NCBI GenBank assembly: GCA_046563655.1
Contig: CM102286.1
Span: 3,782,001 to 3,846,000 of the forward strand
Reading direction: 5' to 3'
Length of the DNA: 64,000 nucleotides
From: Yuukianura sp. NJ FZ-2021
Taxonomy: Eukaryota
The position numbers and the translations under genes were made by a program. Positions within the stretch are counted from its first letter, which is position 1. The number at the start of each line of letters is the position of its first letter. The notes under the pieces were generated by a model, which made no database searches, was not told the origin of the DNA, and saw only the letters and a program-made list of their open reading frames with translations. Of this stretch, positions 1 through 11,248 are shown in pieces.

Positions 1-56
1 AAAAACAATTTGAGCGCGTGATTTTAAAAATTTCCGATGTCACCTCACAGTTGAAT

Positions 57-2671
57 TTATTTGTGATGACCGTTGCCAATGGGAGAATCCAGGAATTCGG
101 GATTTTTCGAATCTGGCGCTTTAGTTGATAGTGGATCGTAGTAACAAGTGGGAGAAGTGGGTGCGATTATGTCCAAAGGTAAGCTAGATCTAGAGCGCCT
201 CTTTGATTTTTTGTTTTTCTTTGCCAGTGGATGTAGGTATTCATCATCAACTTTTTGCGTTTGCTTACAACCTGAAATTTGGTGAAATTTTAGTTTTCGT
301 TCAACAAATGTTTCTGATTAAATTTAAATTTTACCTCCAGTGAGAAGACTGACAATACTTCCTACTATTAAGGTGATCATTCCTCCCGCGAATGGAAATA
401 GAGTGTACGAAAGTGTGTACATTTTTGTCGGCCATTCTCTACAAAATTTTTGTTCAAAATTACAAATTTTGGAAATCGTTGCGGCAAAGAAGTTACTTTT
501 TAAAATTTTCTTACAAGTCATCATTTGACGGAGGAAATTTCGGCATTGTCATGTTTTTACTCTTTACCGCTAAGACAAATTCCTCCTGGCAACCTTTGAC
601 GCTAAATGGTAAAGGAATGTGGGATCTCTTAATAACAAAAGAACCTGCACTAATCCAAACCATTGTAATGAATCCAGCTGTCATTCCAGCGAGTGCTCCC
701 TGGTTAAATTCAAAATTTTAAGAAGCCAATGATCACAAATTTTGAAAAATGTGAAATTTTGAAAGTAAAACGTACATATTTGTTGATAAATGGCATCAAA
801 AGACCCATGAAAAACACCATTCCGAGTGGACCGCTTAATGCACCTAGTGCTGTAGAAGTAGCTGCCAAAAGATTTCCCATGTGTGATGCAATGAAAGCGA
901 GTAGAATTGAAATTACACCAAATCCCAGAGCTATTGCGAAAATTAAATTTTGATAATTGAGTATATTTAAATTATGAAACAAAAAAAAAATTTCTTTTTT
1001 CTTTACCAATGCCGCGTACAAAATTTGCCTGTTTCTTTGGACCCATTTTTCGCAAGCATGGAATTGGAGACAAAAAGTCTTCCCAAACCACCGCAGCGAT
1101 TGAGTTCAATCCAGACGAAATTGTACTAAAAAAAGTAAAGGTTGAAAATTTTCTTTCAATATACGAAAGAAAAACAAGAAAATTTGCCAAAATTTACCTC
1201 AGAGACGCTGCAAATACACAAGCAGTGAAAAGACCCATCATCCCTGGCATAAACTCAAGTTGGTCTTGTACAAAAAATGGAACAATTTGGTCAATTTTTG
1301 AAATTTTTCCGAGACGTCTGGGATCGCAGTCAGCATAAGTAGCGAACACAACAATTCCAGATAACAGACAGAGCGACACTGTGAACAAGTTCAGCGGAAT
1401 TGCAAAAATGACTGCCCTGAAAATTTTAAAATTGGCGCCAAAATTACATGAGCTATTTTCATTCCCACCACTTTCAAAATAACTCACTTGACAGCATGCT
1501 TGAATGACGGTAAACTGCAGTATCGTTGAACTTGCGGTTGATGTGTTCCGTAGAGACATAAGATTGTGAATCCTTGACCCAGGATAATGTTGAGGGCATT
1601 ATGACGCATGAAGGGATCAATCGTTGAGCTGTTCAGTTTGCGGCATAATTAAGTGAATAAGTTTAGAAACTTAAAAAAAAAGTTCAAATTTCAAAATTTG
1701 GCGCCCTAAACTTACTCAAATAGAACAAGACGTCCGTGCTCTTCTGCTTTAGCTAAAGCTTCGCTTACTCCACCGGTGGTAATGAACCCGTGAATAATGA
1801 TTGACAAGAGTCCTGCCATGAGCATGATAAGTTGAAATACGTCTGTCCATACAACTGCCCTAAGACCTCCCTGTTCAAATGTAGAAAAATGTTTAAACAA
1901 GTTGACAAGTTTTAAAATTTAAGAAATTAAGGCTGTTCACTAACAATGGAAGTGTAGATGGTAGCGCATAATCCAAGACCAATCACAGATTGCCAAACCG
2001 GAAGTCCCATGAATGATTCAAGTGCAATTGAAGGAGCGTAGAGACAAACGCCCATGAAAAACGACATTTGAATAACAAAGATTCCTGATGCAAACCAACG
2101 GACCCACCGGGAACGATATCTGAACTCCAAGTACTAAATATCAATTGAACTTTTCAAAATCAAAAAAGTACAAATTTTCAAAATTTCGATACAAATTCAT
2201 TACCAATTCCTAAAAACGCATTCATTACTATCATTACCTCATACACACTAGTCAGTTTCATGTGGTAGAAGACGGACATTGTGAAATACACGCTCAGCGG
2301 TACGAAGATAACAAATACGATAGAGTTCATGAAAATTTGAATACCATAGGCATAAACTTCCGCCGGGTACCCTACATTTTAAACATCCAAAATTTGGTTG
2401 AAATAAATTTTAAAATTTTGTTGTTTATTTTAACATTTTAATGTTGTTTTTTTTTTCAAATTTGAGCGAACAGCTTACCAATGACAGTGATAGCACTCAG
2501 GTACGTAACCAACATAGACGCAGCTATGGGCATAATGCCCATCTTCCTACCACCAACCAGCAGATCTTCCGTAGCTTGTTTTGCACATAGCGCATAGTAT
2601 ACACCAATCAAAAGAGAGAACAGTAGTGTAAAAGCTACGACTGAGTAGTCAATCCAACCAAATTCAGCCAT
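57..2671 (-). CDS. Sodium:solute symporter, SLC5A6/SLC5A8 (SMVT/SMCT)-like; about 10 exons, complete gene
   Basis: ATG at 2671 (MAEFGWIDYSVVAFTLLFSLLIGVYY). SSS motifs: LLVGGRKMGIMPIAASMLVTYLSAIT, YLEFRY, GVCLYAPSIAL, GGLRAVVWTDVFQ, DQIVPFFV..PGMMGLFTACVFAASL, STISSGLNSIAAVVWED. The last exon (57-271) ends ...SPIGNGHHK with TAA at 57-59. Introns are short and GT-AG. Confidence 0.93.
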
Positions 2672-2804
2672 TTTCAAACTTTACTGTTCCAAAATATATT
2701 GTACAATGCAAGCTTCCCGACTACAGCTTGCAAAAATTGAAATGGCTTCCAAAAAAGACTAAAATTCACCACCAGTTTGAGTTTGGATTAAGTTCAAATT
2801 TTTT

Positions 2805-2892
2805 TTATCAGAACATGCAAAGCTATTGTAAGTAATCTTGTGATAAAAATTGTTGAAGCAATTCTGGAAAACCAACGCACATTGTTTGATAA
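2805..2892. promoter_or_regulatory. Three GATA sites (TGATAA/TTATCA) just upstream of the SLC5 start
   Basis: TTATCA at 2805, TGATAA at 2841 and TGATAA at 2887, all within about 220 bp of the ATG. Function is inferred only. Confidence 0.3.
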
Positions 2893-3614
2893 AAACTGGG
2901 AAAAAGTAAAAAATATTCGATCACATGACAAAAGGCAATGATGGATGAGGGACAACGGCTACTGCTAACTTTACACTTCACAAAGAAACCGCTTCACTTT
3001 ATGAAATTAAAAAACTCAATGATGACCGCTTGAAAATGCTTTAGTGATCGAGATTAATTTAAAAGTACTTTTTAAAAAGGTCTCACACCACGCTACTGTT
3101 GAAAAATGTAGCTGCAGTTTGGGATTCCCACAGCACGTTTATGTACCGAATGCGTCTACCAGCATTTTTTCATGAACTTGTACTCACTAAAAACTTACAT
3201 TAGTGCAATGAAGAATAATTTGTCGAATCTAGATTATGCCAATTTAGTTCGTAGTTCCGTAAATGTCATAAACTAATCTGCATAAGCATCCTTGGATTTA
3301 AATGAAGTTAAACTTGAAAACACCATGTGTGCTTCGTTTAAAATTTAGTTCCAACTTTTCATTGACGCAGTTAATATTACAAATACGTACTATTAGTACA
3401 CGCTTTAAGTTCCTAGCCTGATGATGGTGCTACTCAATTGCTGCTAACTAGTTTTACACTACGAATTGACACGAGGGCTACTTAATCACGATTAAGATAA
3501 ATTCATAATCAACATAACGTAGCGTGTTCCGTATCTAAGGCACTACACAAAATTTTTTGGACTGCGTATGTACTTTCTATCTAAATCCACTTGCGTTTCC
3601 AATTTCCGGGAACT

Positions 3615-4997
3615 TCAGTTTATGATACTTTTCGATTTTAGCCAATGGGAAATAAGTATTTCTGCCAGGAAAATACAACTGGCAAAAAAACAAACACTTC
3701 CATGCAAAATAAAAACTATAGTTAAGTTTCGTAGCTGAAAAAAATCGGAGTTTTGTTCCTGACCTTCCCGAATTCTGAAAAGTCTTTGAGCCAATTCTGA
3801 GTTCCCGCCGCTCCGAAGCCACCGAATACCTTCAAATCTACTGCGCATGTATTCCACTTGATTCCACCGATTGATAAGTCCACCAGCTTGTGCTATGAGA
3901 ATAAGTCTATCAAAGGGACCCTTAAGTCTTGATCTTTTCGGAACGACAATTGAAGTTCGTAGAGTAAGGAATGACTCCCTGCTTGTGTACATTGGTTCAC
4001 TTGAAGCAAAAAGTGACAAATTTTGGTTCACTGCTAATATCAAAGGCGATTCCCAGCCGAGGCATGCGCTTTTGTTGTCTTGGTTTGCAGCTCGTATGAC
4101 ACATTCTACTGCATCTGACACTGGGTCAAGTCGATTTCCAATTTTTTGGACAACATTGTTGATGCCTGATTTGAGAAAACGGTATGCCAAACCACTTGGG
4201 CCGAAAAAGTGTAGTGTAATGGCATAGTCACTTCTTTCTGACAATTCAGCAAATGTCGTAGGCACTTCTTTACTGGAACCACAAGAGACGACTGAAACCA
4301 AATTCGATTTGTATCCCGTGCCAACAAAGAATGAAAAAAACATAAATGGCGCCAAAATTGTCACAAGGATTTTCGGCCCTTTAGCGATTGGTTGATCCAT
4401 TAAAATCGTAAATGGAATGAAAATGGAAGTTGCGAAAGACACAGAACGCGTTTTTAAGTAGCAAAAAAGTAACTGCAGTCCAGCGATCATGAGTAACACC
4501 GTGCCAAGTATTACTCCCCACAGAGTCGCATTGTATGAAGAGTAGATTGAAGCCCAACTTAATTCGTGTCTTGCTACAGCAGTTACGAAAAGCAATTGAG
4601 CATCTTGAAGTGGCATACAAAAATCAATGAATTTGGAACGATCGAAAGCATAGCCAATTGGAAGAGCAATGTCGCTTCGGTTGAAGTAGACATCACCGAA
4701 ACATCCATTTGGAATTCCTTGTGCGTCGATACTGCCTGGACCCCGTTTAAGTTCTTTTGGTGCGACATTCCATTCCAATGTGAAGTTGTACGCATGAGCA
4801 GCTTCGGTGAGTAGCTTATGGTAACTTCCAGTTATAGTCTTATTGTTGCTCCCAAGAACAATTACTGGAGGAACTTCGTAGGATGAAACTCGGAAGCGCT
4901 TGGTGCTTAACTCGTTGCGAATTATACTGAAATTTCCCAAATTTACAAAACAAATGTTGAAAATCCAGGACCAATAAATGAATAGATAATGCTCCAT
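3615..4997 (-). CDS. Divergent ionotropic receptor (IR, iGluR superfamily chemoreceptor); intronless ORF, 5' end unresolved
   Basis: The open frame runs 3615-5087 and the first ATG is at 4997. S1 lobe: GCFGDVYFNRSDIALP..FDRSKFIDF. M1: TLWGVILGTVLLMIAGLQLLF. Pore: FIPFTILMDQP. M3: FFVGTGYKSNLVSV, a degenerate SYTANLAAF. S2: PTTFAEL...LIAQAGGLINRW. M4: IVFILHGSVCFFASCIFLAEIL. Confidence 0.85.
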   Translation of the reverse strand: MEHYLFIYWSWIFNICFVNLGNFSIIRNELSTKRFRVSSYEVPPVIVLGSNNKTITGSYHKLLTEAAHAYNFTLEWNVAPKELKRGPGSIDAQGIPNGCFGDVYFNRSDIALPIGYAFDRSKFIDFCMPLQDAQLLFVTAVARHELSWASIYSSYNATLWGVILGTVLLMIAGLQLLFCYLKTRSVSFATSIFIPFTILMDQPIAKGPKILVTILAPFMFFSFFVGTGYKSNLVSVVSCGSSKEVPTTFAELSERSDYAITLHFFGPSGLAYRFLKSGINNVVQKIGNRLDPVSDAVECVIRAANQDNKSACLGWESPLILAVNQNLSLFASSEPMYTSRESFLTLRTSIVVPKRSRLKGPFDRLILIAQAGGLINRWNQVEYMRSRFEGIRWLRSGGNSELAQRLFRIREGQEQNSDFFQLRNLTIVFILHGSVCFFASCIFLAEILISHWLKSKSIIN

Positions 4998-5744
4998 GGC
5001 TCCATTAATTTTTTTTTTGTAGAGTAACAAAATTTTGAGATACAAACTGTACTGTGGTAAACGGGGCAGCGTGAGACCTAAGTCCACGGCGACGAAATTA
5101 TCAATTTATTAGAGAAACTTGTAACATCATTAGGTGAAAGTTACTTTCCAAGTCACTTTTTCACTTAGGTGTAATGAACTGACTAAAGAGACTGTCCAAT
5201 AAAGCAAAACGTCAAAAAATGAGTCGTTTGAGGGACACAATGTTTGTTAATCTTTTAGGAAATTGACAGCTGAAGTATCGTATACACCACAGCGTTGTGT
5301 ATTTAAAGACGGTACATTTTAATTTAAAGGCGGTAATTAATAGTTTAACAAGAAAGTAACGAATCATCTCTATATTTTTAGATTTTCTCAGTTCACAAGC
5401 TACAGACATGTTCACTGTACAACTGAAATTCAAAACATCTTGTGAAGATTTTTTGAAATGTTGTGAATTTTCTAATTCTTGGTTTAATAACTTTCTGCAT
5501 GACCCAGTGGGATATAAAATTATTTTAAGAGTCAAAGCCACAAACGCATAAACACTTTTTACGGAAGCGGTTTCGAATTTAGAACAATAACCTGAAATGT
5601 CTAATTTAATTTTTCACAAGAATTTCCTTATTTGATTCAATTCTGAACCTTCAACTTACACCGCACGCAGATTTTTCCAAGTCGAATTCCTATTCCGCAA
5701 TTACATCATACCAAAAAATTCAACAACAAAAAAACTAATTGGAA

Positions 5745-6111
5745 ATGAATTTCAAAGCAGTAGTTGCATTCCTGTGCGTCACGTTTGTATTGGCTCTTTC
5801 CATTTCATTTGGTAAGCTCAGGCTCTTTGAAACGTTAAAAATTTGTAGTAATGAAAATCGAATCTGAAGAACCACAAATTAAAATTTAAATTAAATTAAA
5901 TAAAATTAAAAACGTTTTCTTAACAAACACATTTAAAAACCCAACTTTATATTCTTGTTTTACAGTTAACAGCGCATTTAATCCTAATTGCGACCAAATT
6001 TGTCGTCGTGGAGGACCAACTAAGAATCGGAACGTCAATCAATGTTGTCGGTCTCGCGGACGCCGTAATGGCGGATGGTGTGAACCTGGACACAAGGCTT
6101 GGTGTATTTAA
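5745..6111 (+). CDS. Diapausin / diapause-specific-peptide-like secreted 6-Cys peptide (70-aa precursor)
   Basis: Exon 1 is 5745-5811 (donor G|GTAAG) and exon 2 is 5966-6111 (acceptor TTTTACAG|); the phases match. Translation: MNFKAVVAFLCVTFVLALSISFVNS-AFNPNCDQICRRGGPTKNRNVNQCCRSRGRRNGGWCEPGHKAWCI*. This is a signal peptide followed by C-DQI-C...CC-R..G...C...C, the diapausin pattern (CDQVC...CCRAHG...C...C). Confidence 0.85.
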
Positions 6112-7078
6112 AATTGGAGAAAAAAATTGAAAACAGAAACAAAATTTGTTAAATTGAAATTAACGTTCATCTATTAAGATAAGAAACTATGTAACCTGAA
6201 TTAAAGGTTTGAAATTTTGTAAATTCCTATTTTTTTGCGGTTAATCCAACATTTCAGTTTAGTACTTTTGATGCATCTGATGATTAAGTATAATCGATTT
6301 TAAAACAAAGGTTATAAATATTCAAGCGTAGGATATGTCTCCTTATGTTATTCCTAAGCTGAGGCCATTGTAAGTCAATTGCACGATTGACCTTCGCCTT
6401 TCAATTTGTTGTAAGAGAAAGATGACGATACTTGAATTTAGAGTATTCGGGAGCAACAAACCTTGCAAAAACCTGTTACAGGCAACTTAAGTTACATCAA
6501 AGCAAAGTTTTTCCGATAAAGCCACACGGCGTAACTTTTTTGTGGTATAAAATTTAAAGCAAAATCTTTCGTATATTTTGCACAAAAGCGTCAGCTCTTC
6601 CAAGTATGAAATTTTTGTGTAGCTTTTCTTTAATTATTAAGTTGCTCCAATTTTTGACAAGAAAATTGTCCCCAGTCTAGTTTTGCAACTTTCCCACCAT
6701 TGACTGCACAAATACATAGTAACAAAAAATGCATTAAAAAATTTACGGAAAACACGGAAGATCCATTTGTACTACTAATTTCCTTGAAACTAAATGCTAA
6801 ATTTCCATTTGTTTCTCCATTTAATGAATGCACCTAAAATTTATTACCAAACATTGCAAATGATGAATAGCATCAATAAGCACTTAATCAAATCCATCAT
6901 CCAGAGTCGTTAATTTCTTTGTGGTTCCTTGTTAAATACTGGTCCAAAACCTGCAGATCAAGGTTAGGTTCTTGGCATCTGCCGAATTTGCATTTTGTTT
7001 TTGAAATGAATTTCAATACACGTTACAAACAAGAAATTTTCCCACAACAGTAAGCACTTGAAAGTACGTGGAACAACA

Positions 7079-10000
7079 ATGGGCCCAGCAGTTCAAAGTT
7101 GGTGTGTTTTTCTGTTTTTCTTTGTAGGCTTTGTCAATTTGAACCTTGGTCAAGGGAATCCCAGAACCAAACATCGAAAAAGCAATTTCAATTGGCAACC
7201 ATCTCCAGCATCTTCTCCTGAACCCAAATTTAGTTTCCAGTATCCCGATGTTCGGAGAGATGATAGCGTTGTTGATGAGTACTTTGGAGTGAAAGTAAGC
7301 AAAACATTCTGAAATGAAAGTTAACTTTGTTTAGGCTAAATTATTCTAACCTAACCTAAATGCATAAAAACATAACTTGAATCGCTAGGTTCATGACTAC
7401 TATCGGTGGCTAGAGGATCCAGATTCAGAAGAAACAAAAAATTTTGTTCAGTTACAAAATAAGCTAACGGAACCATATTTAGAGAAAGCAGAAGGGAGAG
7501 ACACAATTCGAAAACGCCTTCAATCAATTTTGAATTACACAAAATACGGTGCACCAGAGAAGCGCGGTGACTTGTACTTCAGCTACATTAAAACTGGACT
7601 GCAAAATCAGAGGTGTGAAAAATTTTTTGAAAAAAAGTTAACTCTTGAAATATTGAGGAAAAATCAATTTTTTGCAAATTTTTCCCCAGTGTTTTGTACG
7701 TTCAAAAAGGACTTGACGGTGAACCGAAAGTATTGATTGATCCGAACGAATTCTCAACTGATGGAACCGTAGCAATTACAGAAGCGAGTCCTTCAAATAA
7801 TGGCGCCATTTATGCCTATGGCCTCTCAAGCAAAGGATCTGACTGGGTCACAGTTCATTTCAGAAATGTCAAAACCGGAAACGACTGCGCAGATAAACTT
7901 GTTTACACAAAATGGCCAGGCGTCGAATGGAACAAAGAGGATACTGGCGTTTTTTATTCAGTAAGTTTCGTATTTTCAAAAAACTGCGTTTTTCTTTCAA
8001 AATTTTAATTTTGCAGGCTTATCCTGCACCAAATGGAACTGCAGATGGATCGGAGACTACAAGTAACGAAAACATGAAAATATTTTTCCATCGAATTGGA
8101 ACACGTCAAGATGAGGATGTGCTTATAGTCGAGTTCCCAGAATTTCCTAAGCGCACTATGTAAGCATGTGAACTTTGGTTTGTGAAGAATTGTTTGCTTA
8201 ACATCTTTTCAAAATTCTGAACTTGAGTAACCAAAATACTTAAGTTATTCTTGTTTTTGTTTTCATTTTTGTATTTGCTGAACAGCTCTGTTGAGATATC
8301 CGACGATGACAAATATTTAGTCGTTTGGACTTCCGAAGGACTCTTAACAAATCTCATTTACTACACGGAAATGAATCCCATTGTCAAGTCAAACTACACA
8401 ATGATAAAACCTCCACTCAAACCACTATTTGTGCAGGATGATGCAAAATATGAAGTACAAGTTCACAATAGCAAATATTTTGAAATAGCCTATCGGTCGT
8501 TTCCATTGTCACTGTCAATTTTTTATTCCCGTTTTTCAGTATATCGCAAGTTCACAAGATGGTGAAATTTTGTACTTCCGCACAAACAAAGATGCACCAA
8601 ACTATCGAATTATTGGAGTTTACTTAAGCAATCCAGAGGAAAAGTACTGGGCAACACTACTTCCGGAACACAAAAAGAATGTTCTAAGTTGGGCTTCTGT
8701 TATAAATGAGTAATTCATTATATTACATTTTTTGAAAACAGTTTTTTAAATTCTCCATGAAAACTATTTTTTGAAAATTGCTTCTAGGGATAAGTTGGTC
8801 ACGTCCTACATTGAAGATGTCAAAAGTACTTTGGAAGTTCGGCGACTACGGGATGGATCGCTTATTGAAGAAATTGAAGTGGGTGTGGCCACCGTGGGTT
8901 CGTTCACTGGAAGACGCGAAGATTCCCACTTTTTCTTTTCGGTTAGCTCGTTTCTGTCGCCTGGAACTATATTTCTGGTAGATTTGCTGAAGAGGTCTAT
9001 TCGACCAGCGGTAATTCCATTGAATACACTATTATGAACAGTACATTGAATTTATGTTATTTTTATTATTTTATTATATATATTATTAGGTGTACCGGGA
9101 ATCTGTAGTTGACGGATTTAATGCAGATCAATACAGCACGAAACAAATCTTTTACGACAGCAAAGATGGCACACCGGTTCCGATGTTCATAGTTCATAAA
9201 AAAGTGAGAGATTTCCAACAAAAATGATTCTGAAATTAAAAAAAAAATTCTTTGATTTAGGATTTAGAGAAAAACGGAAAAGCTCCAACGCTGTTATACG
9301 GTTACGGTGGATTCGACGTTTCCCTTCTCCCTGGTTTCAGTGAGTCCCGAATTGCGTTCATTCAATTGTTCAACGGTATTGTGGCTATTCCGAACATTCG
9401 TGGAGGAGGGTAAGCGTGTCGGTAGTATGTTGCTACCACTTTGCATGTTATTTTTGCAAAAAAAATTTAAAGTTCGCGCTTTTGCATTCCAGAGAATACG
9501 GAGCGCGGTGGCACGATGGTGGTCGTCTTTTAAACAAACAGAATTCGTTTGATGACTTTCAAGCCGCTGCTGAATATTTGATTGGACACAAATATACGTC
9601 ACCGGAGAAACTGACAATTCAAGGTGGCTCCAACGGTGGGTTGTTGATGGGCGCATGCGCAAATCAAAGGCCAGAACTTTTTGGTGCAGTAATAGCACAA
9701 GTCGGGTTAGTACACGTTGAAAAATTCAGAACATCGCTAACATTTCTCAGGAATAGTATTTTTAATGAACTTTGTCCATAGTGTGATGGACATGCTGCGC
9801 TACCAAAAATTTACCATTGGATATGCATGGGCAACAGACTACGGAACGTCAGACAACGAAACGTCTTTTCACAACTTATACAAATATTCACCGCTACATA
9901 ACATTCGGGTATCAAAGGACAACCGGGTACAGTACCCAGCTACACTGGTGATGACGGGTGACCATGACGACCGAGTAGTTCCACTACATTCATTCAAGTA

Positions 10001-10446
10001 TATTTCCGAACTCCAATATGTCGTTGGACGTAGCGAACAACAGGTAAATTGACTGACGTTGACTAGTTGTACAGTAGTGTTTACGTAGTTTTCTATATAC
10101 TAACGTAGTAGACTACGTTTTGTACGTAGTAGACTACTACGTAGGTACGTAGTATAATGTAGTTACCTTGCTTTAATGAAAAATTCCAGACAAATCCGCT
10201 CCTCATTTTAATTGAAACGAATGCGGGACATGGCGCCGGCAAGCCAACTGGAAAGAAAGTGAGTTTTGAGAAATTTAATATTTGTGCGAAATGTGCACTA
10301 AAATAGTAATAAATTTCAGTAATACTGACTAATTTTTTTTTAATTTGTTAAATTTGCAGATTGAAGAAACCGTGGACATATTCTCATTCTTGATTCAAAC
10401 TTTAAATTACAAAGTCACTCAACCAACGTGTACATGTGCTTGGTAA
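7079..10446 (+). CDS. PREP: Prolyl oligopeptidase (peptidase S9A) with an N-terminal signal-peptide-like extension; about 13 exons
   Basis: Family motifs: [57 protein letters not shown]. Catalytic residues: GGSNGG (Ser), DHDDRV (Asp), AGHGAGKP (His). ATG at 7079, TAA at 10444-10446 (...QPTCTCAW*). Confidence 0.93.
10050..10165. repeat. Low-complexity TACGTAGTAGAC-type repeat inside a POP intron
   Basis: Repeated ACGTAGTAGACTAC/TACGTAG words within intron 10044-10188. Confidence 0.5.
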
Positions 10447-11224
10447 ATCAAAAGTCTCGGAATATATCGAGTAACATTTTAAATACATGTACCTGTAGCA
10501 TACGTAGAGGTGTACGTCAGGGTAAACTGTATAACACGTTTGTGTATCAATTTTTGGGATGAAGATAGTTGGTTAAGTCTGGAAACAGGATTAAAATTTA
10601 TGGCAAAAACGATGAACTATACATAATTCGCACAAGAGTGAAGTTCAAATTGTCAACCTTTCTTCTAATTCAAGATGCTATTGAATTTGAAGCAAATTTC
10701 ACTAGAAAACAAAAGAGGAGTTTCGGAATTAAATTTATTGATATTATGAGTACAAACCGATGATGATATTATGAGTTATTAAGATTCAAACTTGTAAGGC
10801 GTATATAATTACATTTCATTTTAAAGTAAAAGAAAAAGTCCATAAAGAATATTTACTTAAAAAAATGTTTTAGAGTTTAGGAAAAGGCTTTGAGTTTACT
10901 GTAATTAAAATGATACATAAAGTACTAGTTTTCAAGTATTTTTCCAATCCAACCGATGTTCTTTTAAGTTTTGTGGGTACGTCGGTTGTTATTTCACGTT
11001 AAAACGCCTCCTTCAGTTTACTTTAATTATATATTTCGAGTAATGGATTTCACATTTTTACACAACTCCTACATACCCTACTGCTAAACTTTTCGGAACG
11101 TATATTTTTCTTGACGAGGTACCCTTGTGAAATGTAAATTTAGTAATTTTGTTGTCTCAAGTCTAAAATTTTAATTTTAGTTTGGAGTGATGGAGTCGTA
11201 AGTTGAACGCACTTAACGTTTGAC

Positions 11225-11230
11225 TATAAA
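11225..11230 (+). promoter_or_regulatory. TATA box candidate of the GR-like gene
   Basis: TATAAA at 11225-11230, immediately upstream of the coding region. Confidence 0.4.
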
Positions 11231-11248
11231 TTTGCGACCGCCGCGCCG

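Noticed and set aside
3121..3130. NF-kB-like site GGGATTCCCA
   Set aside because: It is a single short match about 2.6 kb from the diapausin gene and beyond the IR, so it cannot be tied to a gene.
7079..10446. Recent bacterial horizontal transfer as the origin of the leader-bearing POP
   Set aside because: About 12 spliceosomal introns and animal-PREP-like motifs argue for a resident paralog. Only a phylogeny could revive the idea.
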